From Fonticula alba ATCC 38817 (taxonomy: Eukaryota; Protista; Nucleariida): a stretch of DNA of 31,886 nucleotides. Positions within the stretch are counted from its first letter, which is position 1. The number at the start of each line of letters is the position of its first letter. The notes under the pieces are model-generated. The model was not told the origin of the DNA and ran no database searches. It saw only the letters and a list, made by a program, of their open reading frames with translations. The DNA is taken from NCBI GenBank assembly GCA_000388065.2, contig KB932207.1. One strand, 5' to 3'. Below, one piece after another: positions 1 to 11,435 of the stretch. A program made the position numbers and the translations under genes.

Positions 1-248
1 GCCTCGGGCCATCACAAAGGAAGGGGGAAGAGCCGGGCGGCGGTGGGGGGGGGGGGGGGGGGGGGGGGGGGGATGGCCATTGAACAGAGACCAGCCGCAG
101 TCATCGGAGGAAGAAAGGGACGTAGAGAGAGGGGAAGGAAAGTGTTAGGGCCGCGTGCGCGGGCGCAATACAATCGGCTGGGCAAGCCCACATTTCTCAA
201 GAAAAAAGAGGGAGAGAGGGGGAAAGGGGGGGGGGGGGTCACAACATA

Positions 249-2085
249 CTAACCTTCGTGGTGGGCAGGGGCGGGCACCACCTCGGCGGGCCCCGGGGTC
301 AGGAGCCCCTTGACGCTGACCGGCGAAGCGCCCCCTCCCGGGGACAGGTCGAACGCCTGGTGCGGCGACTGTGCCTGCAGGAGAAGCTGTGAGAAGGACC
401 CGAAGGGGGATCCGCCCCCGGCCCCGGCGACGGCCGTCTGAGCACTCGGCGATGAGGACAACGACGATGAGGAGGAGGATGTTGATGAGGACAAGGACGA
501 GGAGGATGATCCCGGAGCATGGTTCACCGACGTGTGGAAGTGCTGATGATGTTGCTGATGGTACGAGCGCTCCGACTGGGGCGAAGCCCCGCCGACAGCC
601 CCGGGCCCCGGGTGACGAGAAGACACCAGCGCAATGCCGGCCAGCGCCGCTTCCAAGCGATCCAGCGCCGCCTCCTCGGCATCGGTGTCGGTTCCGGGTG
701 CCCCGAGCAGCGCCTGCGGCCGGGCCAGCGCACCGGCACTGGCGCCGGCGCCGGCGCCGGCGCCGGCACGGCCGACCGGCCCGGCCAGCAGCAAACCCCC
801 CCCGCTGAAAGGGCAGCCGGCTGTGACCAAGCCCATGTCAGAAAGCGACCCCGAGCCACTGGCCAACACATGGTGATGGTGCAACGCCAGCGGCGATGAC
901 AGCGACCGCCCGGCCAGGTCGCCAGGACCGCCTGGACCACCGGCACAGCCGCCGCCCATGCCGCCGCTGCTGCTGCCGCTATTGCCGCCACTGCCGCCAC
1001 TGCCGCCACTGCCGCCGCCAGTGCCGCCGCTGCCAGCACCGCCCCCGGGGGCCAGCAGTGTGGCCTCCACCAGAGCCATGGCCGAGCGCAATTCATCCAA
1101 ACAGTAGGACGCCGGGGTCGGGGCGTCAGTGCCAGGGGTCAGAGCTCGGCAGTCATTCGAATCGCCAGCTCCGGGCCCGGGCCCGGGTCCGGAAAACAGG
1201 CCCCCACCACCCAGTGGGGAGCTCCCCGGGCCGCCGGTCCGCCCGGACGAGGATAGCGCCAGCAACTGCCCATCAGCTGACACCGGCCGCAGACGGTCCA
1301 GCACCGCCGAAATGACGGAGATGATGGACAGCGTGTCGCGCTCGCGCGTGCTGGCCCGGTGCGCGGTCGCCGGATCGACGTGAGCCTCGCCGCCGGCCTG
1401 GGCGGTTTGCTGGTCGACGAAGCGCCGACTGGCGCGCAGGCGCTGCCGCGCGGCCCGCAGAGCCGCCCGCAGCATCAACGACAGGTCGTACGGGTGCAGC
1501 TGTGCTCCCTCGCGCACCAGCAGGGCCACCACATCCAGGTGGGCCGATGTGGCAGCTGACGACATGCCGAGTCAGTTGGAGAGGGGGGGAGAGGGGGAGA
1601 GAGGGGGGGAGGGGAGGAGGGCGCGAGGCACACACACACACACACAAGAGAGAGATTGCTGCATCAGAGGAGGAGACGCACCGAGCTGAATGGGAAAGGT
1701 GCCGTTGCAGTCGCCGACATTAATTCGAACCCCCATCTCCAGCAGGCAAGTGACTGGCGTTCAGCACGATCGGAGGGAGGGGAGAGAGAGGAGGAGGAAG
1801 ACAGAGAGCTGGAAGGTCAGGAGAGGAGCTGGGGAGTGTGGGGACAGGGGGCGAGGAGGGAGAGAGGGGCGAAGAGAAAGCGAGCACGAGGGGGAGAGAG
1901 AGAGAGAGAGAGAGAGAGAGGCAGAGCAGATGACTAAGACGTACCAACATCAAGCTGGCCAGCCGCCGCGGCAATATGGAGCGGCCCACGCCCCCAATGG
2001 TCGCGCATCTTCCGGACAACACTTCGAGGGAATTGACTCAGGATGGAACGAACTGGGAGATAGCGGGGGGGGGGGGGGGGGGGGG

Positions 2086-2140
<55 letters not shown>

Positions 2141-2992
2141 AGGNNNNNNNNNNNNNNNNNNNNNNNNNNNNNNGGGGATGAACCGGCGGGACGACACGCG
2201 CGTGCGCATATGTGTGAGGGAAGGGTCGGTCCCGGCAGCCGCCCAGGCCGGCGAGGAAGGAGTGGCTAGGATGGAGGCGCTGAGAACGTACCAACATGCA
2301 CGTCGCCACTACTGCAGGCCGCATAGAGGGTTTGCATTTGCAACGGCGATGGCTGATTGGGCCTCAACCAGCTCGGATAGCGCGACGCGTCCTGACCACT
2401 GAGCAGGCAGAACAGTGGAGGGAGGAAGAGAGAGAGAGAGGGGGGGGGGGAGAGGGGGGCGTGAGCGCATGAATGGCAGTGGGGAGAAGAGGATCTGGCG
2501 AGGCCACGGCAGGAAGGGACGAGGAGAGACAACGTACTGTGACAGGGGACGCCGCGACAGGCCAGATGCGCCCGACACACCGGACACTCGGATGGAGGAG
2601 ATCCTGTGCAAGGGTCGCAGGGACTTGAGCGAGGGGGAGTCCGGAGCCGAGGCATCCAGCGGGGGGGCCGCACCATCCAACGACAGGAGCTCGGCCGCGG
2701 CCAGATCTGGCCCGGAAAACAGCGGTCCCAGATCGCGAATGGCCCGGCGGTACATCGGCATGGGTGGCGGTGACCCGGGGCCCGTCGAAGAGGCATCGGG
2801 CCCGGCCTGCCCGGGGGTCGATGCGGCCAGCGGCGTTCGCGGGAAGAGACCGCCCTGTGCGGGGGGCTGCCGATGGGACTGCCCGTCCGTCGGAGAGGGG
2901 CGCTGTCGCGCTGGCAGGGGCGTCGAAGGGTGCGTCGGACAAGGCGGGACGCCGGTGGCCGGGTCGCCTGATGTGTAAAAAGGAGAACCCAT
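249..2992 (-). CDS. Ankyrin-repeat protein (3 repeats) with long Gly/Ser/Pro-rich flanks; about 682 aa from ATG 2992; 5' end uncertain
   Basis: Exons 2992-2538, 2398-2292, 2052-1945, 1753-1682 and 1555-249 join in frame across GT-AG introns (donors GTACGT x3, GTGCGT). The spliced product reads TLYAACSSGDVHVVRSIL...RDHWGRGPLHIAAAAGQLDVVTCLLEMGVRINVGDCNGTFPIQLAATSAHLDVVALLVREGA, matching the ankyrin consensus. A CAG acceptor just upstream of ATG 2992 may mean an extra 5' exon. Confidence 0.82.
2065..2138 (+). repeat. Poly-G tract (74 nt, one A) in an ankyrin-gene intron
   Basis: Read directly; lies 5 nt from gap 2144-2173, so its length is unreliable. Confidence 0.85.
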
Positions 2993-3109
2993 CACTGCGG
3001 AGGCGCAACCGCCTCTTTTTCGGGGGAAGGGAGACAAGTGGGGGATTGGGGGGCGAGGGAGGGGGGACGGGAGGGGTGGGGGGATATAGGGGGAGGGGGA
3101 GGGGAGGGG

Positions 3110-3154
3110 GAGAATGGAGCGGATGGAGAGAATGGAGAGAATGGAGAGAATGGA
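3110..3154 (+). repeat. 9-mer tandem repeat (GAGAATGGA) x5, one copy degenerate
   Basis: gagaatgga gcggatgga gagaatgga gagaatgga gagaatgga. Confidence 0.9.
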
Positions 3155-3537
3155 GACAGGGACAGGGGGAAAGGGGATGGCGAGGGGGGGGAGAGAGAGA
3201 GAGAGAGTCATAGGGGAGAGTCTGGACTGGGCGAGGAGGGCGGGGCCAGCCACGAGGATACCTCCAGCCGAAGAGTCCACCAGTGGCTCCGGCCCCCGGG
3301 GGCGGGGCCGGGATCTCCCGCGTCCCAGGAGATGGGGAACAGGGATCTCGCCGCCCGGGCCGGATCAGTTGGGGGCATTCCCGCCCAGGCGCCAGGGCTC
3401 AAGCTTGAGGGGGGGGGGCTGACTACAGCCCCGGCCACACGCATTCGCCTCGGGCTGGCGGGCCCTTCTGTGCGGCGACTCGGGCCAGGGGGGGCGCATT
3501 AAAGCGCCTGTCAATCGCCACGACTAGGGCGACCAAC

Positions 3538-3583
<46 letters not shown>

Positions 3584-4820
3584 AGAGAGGGGGGAGAGAG
3601 ACACACACACCCTCCACACTTACTTGCCCCCCCCCCCCTGCCTCCTTGTCCACGATGAAAGGAATGCCCGCACACCCCCTTGGGGTGTGTCCAGAACGGG
3701 GGCGCCGCACGCCGGGGGGGGTTGCACCAGCCCGCCGAATCAGCCCCCAGCGCGCATTCCTCGATCGTGCCGAGCGCAGTGTGAGCAAGGCACAAGAGAC
3801 CGGGGGGACACAGGGACACAGGGACACGCAAGATGCAACGCGGCGGGCGGGGGGGNNNNNNNNNNNNNNNNNNNNNNNNNNNNNNNNNNNNNNNNNNNGG
3901 GGAAACGCGGGGGGGCAGGGGTGGAGGTGCGACCGTGTTTAAGGCCCGCACAGGGCGGAGCAGGTGCGACTTACCCCGCCCGCGATGGCCACAAAATGCT
4001 GCGCGCCCCGCTCCCCCCCCCCGCCCTCGGCCAGCCACATTGTGCGGCCGGGCTGTGGCCCACCCAGGTGCAGGGTGTCGTGGCAATTCCCTGAGGGCAG
4101 AAATCGAGGGGTGGCGGCCTCCGTCCCGCGGCGCCGATCGACCAGACCAGCTGGGCATCCGGCCCCCGCCCCCCAGCTAAATGGGGTGGTAACAGGAATA
4201 ACGATGCCCGGGCGAGGTCACACCGGGCGCGACATCACTCACGGCGCGCATGAACACCCCCCCCCCCCCTCCCCCGCCTACAGAGTCCCCCGCCTCAAGC
4301 CAAACGCAGACACAACGTCCCCAGGCGCGGGCCAAGTGGGACCGTTTCCGTAAACACGGCCGGGGGGGGGGGGGGGGGGAGGGCGGACGCACCCCCGGCT
4401 GGCTAGCAAAAAAGAGACCGCCGGGCGGGAGTTGGCCTCGAATGTATCTGCCAACGGACAGGGACTCCGCAAAGCATCCCCCTCCCCCAGGCCCGGGTCC
4501 AGCGGCCGACCGGAGCGCGCGCGCGCGGCCATTCCACACACGGGGGAGGGAGGCAGAGCGCGTGCGCGCCCGCACACGGCGCATACCCGCTTGGATTCGA
4601 CACAAACACACGCACAGGCATGCATATGCACACTACACACAGCCCCCCGCCCGGCAAGAGGGGGAGAGAGAGGGAGGAAGGAGGAACAAGTCTATGTATT
4701 GGGAAATCATCTCACAAGGACAGGCGCGCGTGGGCAGGCAGCTGAAGGTGGGGGACGAGAAAGAGACCGAGAGGGGGGAAGGGGCGCAGAGGGGGAGAGA
4801 GAGAGAGAGAGAGGCCCCCT

Positions 4821-6211
4821 TTAAACGAAGATCTCGTTGAGGATGGCAGCCAGACGCAGGCCAGCCATGGCGATGCCCCGCATGACGGTGTCGCGGTTGT
4901 CGAAGTAGTAGTCGTCACCGAGCTTGTCGTTGGGCTTGACACCGCCCCAGACGTCGGGCAGGTCGCAGTGGGCGCTGTTGGCCTGGGAGGCCCAGAACTC
5001 CGGGCAGGCAGTCGGGACCAGAAGCGGCACGCCGGAGCCATCGCGACGGGGGCAGTACAGCCAGTTGGCAATCTCATGGCTCCACTCGGTCTCAATGCGG
5101 TGCAGGGCCAGGGACAGGTAGGACTCGGCATCACCACCAATGTCATCCATGTGGCGCACGAGAATGCGCGAGTCCCAGATGCTGTGCATGTTGGTCTTGG
5201 TGCTGTACCAGTAGACGGGGAAGTCGTTGCCACCGCGGTCCTTGCCGTACACTGGAGAGGGGCAGTGGGGAGGAGGAGGTGCTGTCAGGAGGAGAGGTCG
5301 CCCGTCGAGGGGGGGATGGAGAAGAAAGGGAGGGTGGCGGCCCCGCGTGTGCGTGTGCGCGCGCGCGCGCGCGCGGGCCACACAGGAACAGGCAAGAAGA
5401 GCATGTCCGCGGGATGCGGTGTGTACTGTGGCACTGTGGCACTGTGGCGGGGCCCTGGCTCCCTCTTCTGGCGGGACTATCGCCATCCCCGCACCCCGCC
5501 GCCTGCCGAGTGGAGGGGGGAGAGAGGGGGGGAGGACGCAGTGTGCCGGGAGGGGAAAAAAAAACAAGGCAACGCCCGGCAAAGGCACAATCAGCCAGAC
5601 GCACCGTGCATGGGGTTGTGCAGGTCCTGGACGAAGTGAGTCAGGAACTTGAGGGCCTCCTGGCGGGTCTTGGTGCTGCCGTTGTAGTCCTCGGTCAGCT
5701 GCTCGGTGTAGTTGTAGACGGCGCCGACGACGCAGTTCTTGCGCGGGCAATCGCGCGACATCTGGAAGGAGCAGGAAGTCGGCGGGTTGTCCAGGGTGGT
5801 GACGTAGTGCAACTCGGAGGCCCACTTGTACTTGCTGTCACCCTTGATGTTGTCAGCCCAGGTGGCAATGGACGGCAGGCCGCCCGGCCCGACGAGGGTC
5901 TCAACCGCCTGCGTGGCAGCGGCGGTCAGGTTGAAGGTGGCAATCCAGGCGCTGATCTCGTGGCCTGGGCGTGGGAGGGGGGCGGGGGGGGGCGGGGGCG
6001 GGCAAATGGAGGGTCAATACTTCGCCCTACCGGGAGGCGAGCGGGCAGAGCAGGGAGGGGGGATGCAACATGCGCATGGCCACACACCATCGAAGCCCCA
6101 GAGGCGGTCCTCGCTGAAGTGGTGGCGGCGACCGGTGGGGAACTTGGACTCGGCCAGGATGGGCGCGGCGAAGAGCAGGCACGAGGCCAGCAGGGCAAAG
6201 AGAACCTTCAT
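4821..6211 (-). CDS. Secreted S1/P1 family nuclease (zinc-dependent, single-strand specific), about 304 aa
   Basis: Exons 6211-6088, 5964-5605 and 5251-4821; an alternative in-frame ATG lies at 6226. Signal peptide MKVLFALLASCLLFAAPILA is followed by family motifs WGFDGH, ATWAD, ELHY, LTHFVQDLHNPMH, GGN, MHSIWD and AGLRLAAILNEIF. Confidence 0.95.
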
Positions 6212-9200
6212 GGAGTTGCCGAACATGGTGATGTGTGGCGACCCGGAGGGGGTGGGGAGAAGGGCGAAAAGGGGGGGGGGGGTGCTCTCACTGCGGGCGC
6301 TCGAGCTGCAGGGAAGGGCCTTTTGTGTCGCCTGCGGGGGCGAAGCGACGGCGGCGGCGACGGCGACGGCACCGGGGGACACACACACCTGAGGGCCCCC
6401 CTGCCATGGACCTCACCGTGCACGCAGGCGTTCGGAACTCCAGACGGGCGGGGCGAGGCACGCCGAGCCGACTCACACAAGCAGGCACGTCGGCCCAGAG
6501 GACCGGGGAGTCTTGGTCCCGGGGCCCCCCCCCCAGGAGGCGGGGCCCGAGATCGGGGCCCGGGCGCAAATGGCGGGGGCGGGCGGAGAAGTAACGAGGC
6601 TGTGCCTGGAAGAGGGCCTGGCCATCCGCACACACAAGGACCCGGCAATGATGGCGCTCGTGCCCGGGTGGGCGGAAAATAAAAAAGACCGAAAAAGGAG
6701 CGCGTGGCAGCAGGCCGGGGGCACCCTTCCCCGAATGCGGCCCGACGACCGGCCCCCCGCCGAGAGGCAGGGAGCGGATGACACACCGTGCGGGTTCGAC
6801 GTAGCCCGGGTCCCCTGGCCCGGGCCTAGCCACGGCACCCCGACCATTCCGCGCAGGGCGGGTGGGCGCGCGCGGGGGAAAGAGCAAGGGGCCAGAGCGC
6901 ATGAGAACGCGCCATCCCCCGCCCCGCAGGCCGCCCGGCTCGCTGCGCTGCACCCCCTTTTTAGGGCTGGCGTGTTATTCATGCCCGCCCGGGGGTGCTG
7001 GCATTCCCTCGGCCCACCCCCCCCCCTCCTTGTTTTCCTCAGGGCGCGGGCGAAATGAATAAAACACAGGCCGACACGGCGGAGGACCCCCTCCCAGCGG
7101 AGTGCGGACGCCCTCTCCTCTGGATGCCAGCGTGGCGGGGGGGGAACGGGGCGAGGGGAAACCGGCATTCATAACGGGACTTCCCCGCCGCCGCCGCCGC
7201 CGCCCCAGCCCCATGTGCTTCACCCGTGTAAGAAGCACCTTGAGTAACTTGGGAACGCCCTTCCGGTGCCCTTCTTAACCGATTCTGTCACGCCCCTCTG
7301 GCCTTAAGTCATGTGCCGGGGCCCACTTGTGGTACCCCGACCCGTACTTGCCCCCTGCGCGCGCACACCCACCCACAGGAGGGCCCCAGCCTTTGGCGAA
7401 AGCCCGAGAGGTCGTCGGGCTGCGGGGTGCGGTCACTTTTTATTACTCGCCACCGGGCCAGCCTGGCCACTGCCCCACACCGCCCCCCCCCCCCCCCCCC
7501 CCNNNNNNNNNNNNNNNNNNNNNNNNNNNNNNNNNNNNNNNNNNNNNNNNNNNNNNNNNNNNNNNNNNNNNNNNNNNNNNNNNNNNNNNNNNNNNNNNNN
7601 NNNNNNNNNNNNNNNNNNNNNNNNNNNNNNNNNNNNNNNNNNNNNNNNNNNNNNNNNNNNNNNNNNNNNNNNNNNNNNNNNNNNNNNNNNNNNNNNNNNN
7701 NNNNNNNNNNNNNNNNNNNNNNNNNNNNNNNNNNNNNNNNNNNNNNNNNNNNNNNNNNNNNNNNNNNNNNNNNNNNNNNNNNNNNNNNGGGGGCGGACGG
7801 TGAAGCGAACTGAGCAAACACAACGGGGGGCTGTGTTGTCAACGTGGGCCCCCCCCCCCCCCCGGCCGGGGGTGATATGGTCGCACCGGCGGCATGGGTG
7901 CCCCCTGCCAGGCCCGGTCGCGGGACCGGCCGCCATCACTCGCCGGGTCCGGCAATAACAAAAAGCCAGCTTGACGGCGGCCAAAAAAATTGGGGTGCAG
8001 CAGGCCCGGGGTGGCAGACGTGCCGACGACGCGGGGACGTGGCTCGGCGGACGCACGCGGCCCGGCGCGAGCATTAATTGATCCGAGATCGCGGTGCCGC
8101 CCCGTCCCCCGCCCTACCCTTGGAGGGCGAGGGGAACTGGGGCATTTCACAAGGCCGCCCTCGGTCCCCCCCCCCCCCCGCCCCTTCCCCCGTCGTGGTG
8201 GCGGGAGAACGCGCTGCACCTGAGGCCGCCACGGGGAAGCGCCAGGGTGCGCCCGGGCCCAGTGTGTACCTCTCCCTCCGGGGTGTGAGAGAGATGCGCG
8301 CCAGGACACGCGCGAAATGCGGCCTGCCTCTGGCTGGGCCGGGAGAGGGCGCGGGGGCCGGGGGCGCGGACACATGCGCCCCCTGTGACCGGGGACGGGC
8401 GGGGGATATTTTCCGCCGGCCACAGCCACGCGTCGGGGTCTGTGCAACCTGCCGCGCCCCCGCCTATTGGAGCCGGCCCCGGGCATGGGGCAAACGGCTG
8501 ACGGGGGGGGGGGGGCGGGGCCCTGGGCGCGGGCACCGGCGGGGGGAGGGCGACCTGGTGCTGCCCTCAGAGTGTGCCCTCACGTTTTTTGCGGGCCGGA
8601 AAAAGAGAGGCCGAACATACTAGAGACCAGGCGGCCACCAGAGCCGGACCGCACGCCGGACGGAGGGCCTCCACCATAAAGGGGATTGTACTAGAAGAGC
8701 GGCCGGGCTTGCGCCCCCTCGCCCCGGGCCCCGGGCCCCCGGCTGCCCCGTTTCCGGAGCCTCTGTGTGCGCTGGGTGCCGGCACGTTGTTCCGGGCCCC
8801 GGCACCGGCTCACATGGGTTGGCCCCGGGGAGGTGGGGAGTGGCTGCCGCGCGTCCGCACGCCCCCCCCCCCCCCCCCNNNNNNNNNNTCGTGGGAGCGG
8901 CCAGCAGGGGGGGGGGGGGGGGGAGCCTGGACGTGTTGACGAGCGCCGGCAAGTCAACTCCCCGAGCGGGAGTGTCCGTGTAGCCCGGCCGTCGCCGTCG
9001 TGCCCCCCCCCCCCCCCCCCCCCCGCGCCCGGCGTGCACCTGGCTTGGGGCGGGACCCAGACGGGCCAGGGGGGTGTACCTTTTTCGGGCCCCGCCGCCC
9101 TGGTTTACACCCCCCCACCTGGTGCCAGTCGGCAGTGCTCCCCTTCCCCCCCCCCCTTCCTCCCCTTCTTCCGCCTCCCCCTTGTCACTGCCCCACCCCC

Positions 9201-9969
9201 CTGCCTCCCCTCTCGGCCACCAGTGGTTCCAAGCCCTCGCTCCCGGCTCCCCTCCCCCGTCCCCCCCCTCCCCCGGCATGGCGCCCCGCATCGCCGCTGG
9301 GCCAGGAGACGCCTGTCAGGGCGAGTCCGCACACGATGGGAAGGAGCTCCGGCTCACGCGCGCCGCCGGGCTCGGGCGCCAGCACCTAGGGCCCCGGCAC
9401 CTGCGGCCCCCGGCCAAGCACCAGGGAGCGGGGGGGGGGGGGGATGCCCGGGGCCGGGGGGGCCGCCAGGCGAGGGAGCGCTCCCGGGAGGACGCCTGGT
9501 GGGCGGATGTGTTGTCCACCGGGCGCGGGGATGTCTCTCGACACCAGCACCCGGCCGAATGCTCGCCCGCCCCCAAATCGGCGCAAGCGCCCCCCCGCCC
9601 GCCCCCCCCCCGTGCGCGCAGCACTTGCCTCGGAGAAAAGCACCCCCGCCCTGCGAACGGGAGGGGGCGGTCGCCGAGCTGGTGAGCCGAAAGAGCCCCC
9701 AGGCACCCGAAAAAGAGGACATTCGTCCTGCCCCCGGCCCCCCCCCCCCGACCGCCCCATTGACAAGTGCGTGTGTGTGTGGTGTGTGCGTGTGTGCATC
9801 TTGATGCAGGAGTATGCGCGTGCATGCGGGGGCGTGCGTGTGCGACGGGCCGGCATCTCCACATCGGCGTCCACCGCATCCCCGGCGGGTGGCGGCATTG
9901 TCATTGTTCAAAGACGGCTGGCGTTCTCTGTTGACGGGGGGGGGGGGCGGGCGGCGAGGGGGGCGATCG

Positions 9970-10528
9970 NNNNNNNNNNNNNNNNNNNNNNNNNNNNNNN
10001 NNNNNNNNNNNNNNNNNNNNNNNNNNNNNNNNNNNNNNNNNNNNNNNNNNNNNNNNNNNNNNNNNNNNNNNNNNNNNNNNNNNNNNNNNNNNNNNNNNNN
10101 NNNNNNNNNNNNNNNNNNNNNNNNNNNNNNNNNNNNNNNNNNNNNNNNNNNNNNNNNNNNNNNNNNNNNNNNNNNNNNNNNNNNNNNNNNNNNNNNNNNN
10201 NNNNNNNNNNNNNNNNNNNNNNNNNNNNNNNNNNNNNNNNNNNNNNNNNNNNNNNNNNNNNNNNNNNNNNNNNNNNNNNNNNNNNNNNNNNNNNNNNNNN
10301 NNNNNNNNNNNNNNNNNNNNNNNNNNNNNNNNNNNNNNNNNNNNNNNNNNNNNNNNNNNNNNNNNNNNNNNNNNNNNNNNNNNNNNNNNNNNNNNNNNNN
10401 NNNNNNNNNNNNNNNNNNNNNNNNNNNNNNNNNNNNNNNNNNNNNNNNNNNNNNNNNNNNNNNNNNNNNNNNNNNNNNNNNNNNNNNNNNNNNNNNNNNN
10501 NNNNNNNNNNNNNNNNNNNNNNNNNNNN
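9970..10528. other. Largest assembly gap (559 N); other gaps at 2144-2173, 3856-3898, 7503-7788, 8879-8888, 24492-24867 and 26705-26843
   Basis: N runs; each has a G or C homopolymer at or close to at least one edge. Confidence 0.99.
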
Positions 10529-11435
10529 CCCCCCGCCCCACCTCGTAGGCTAGGGCGGCCCGAGCGCGGAATTGATCCGCGCGCCCCGGCCCCGAGGCCC
10601 CCCCCCCCTCGTGTCCGCGCATGCGGGGCTAGAGCCATACAACACATGTGTGCCCATGACTGAGAGCCCCATTTGCCCCAGGGCCGGTGCCGGTGCTAGT
10701 TCCCGTCAGCCCGCGCGAGACCGCCTGACCAGGGGCGCGGGGGGATCCGCCAACCACAGCCACAGCCCGGGTCCCCTGGCGCCGTCTGCAGGAGCGGGAG
10801 GGGGGGGGACAGACGAGGGCGGGTGAGCAGGGTGCGACCGGCGCTCCGGGCATGGACGCCGGCCCCCGGCGCGTGCGTCTTGCGAGCCCCCGGAGGCGCC
10901 CCTCGGCAGGCGTGGCTTACGTCCCCCGGCGGGCCCCCCCCGCCCACCCCCCGGGGAGTGGGGGGCGCCAGGACGCCCCTCTAGGGGCGGGGGATCCCGG
11001 GCTCGGGCCCCGCCCAAACTCCTGGTGCGACCGGGATTGCACAATGGAGATGGTCGTCGGAGATCCCGTAGTGCCAATTTCTCTTAGCCGCGTCCCCCCC
11101 CCCCTCCACACCCTTTGGTGTATGGTCGGGGCCGAGCTCTTTTTCGGTCGCCCCGGCATGGACAGACACCCCCTCGAGAAGACCATCCCCCTCCCCTCTC
11201 CCCTCCCCCTCGCACACGCACATACCCTCCTCCTCCTCCTCCTCCCCCCCCCTCTCCCCCCTCCATCTCCTGATCCGCCTGTTCATGTGCGTCTTCGCCC
11301 TCTCCCCCCTCCCCCCGGCCCCAACATGCTCCGCGCTCCACCGCCTCTTACCCCCCTGCCCCGGCCCCTTCCCCCTGCCCTCGCCTCGCCTCGCCTCCCC
11401 ACGCCCCACGCCCCGCGCATGTCCACCATACAGCA

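Noticed and set aside
3110-3154. Short periodic repeats considered as a CRISPR-like or mobile-element signature (also the CCGAG and CGCAT pentamer runs in introns)
   Set aside because: These are simple tandem repeats with no unique spacers, terminal repeats, target-site duplications, or transposase/RT ORF.
2993-3444. Possible upstream exon or uORF of the ankyrin gene (ATGC|GTGTGG at 3444-3435, or a uORF ending in a TGATG overlap)
   Set aside because: Several incompatible splice options exist, and one needs a donor lacking the +5 G seen in all other introns. It cannot be settled without transcripts.
6788-6810. GGTTCGA resembling a tRNA T-loop
   Set aside because: The flanks do not pair into a T-stem, and there is no acceptor stem or D-arm.
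7309-10647. ORFs running through N gaps (also 23403-25900 and 26469-26965)
   Set aside because: Their length depends on unknown bases; the readable parts translate homopolymers and microsatellites.
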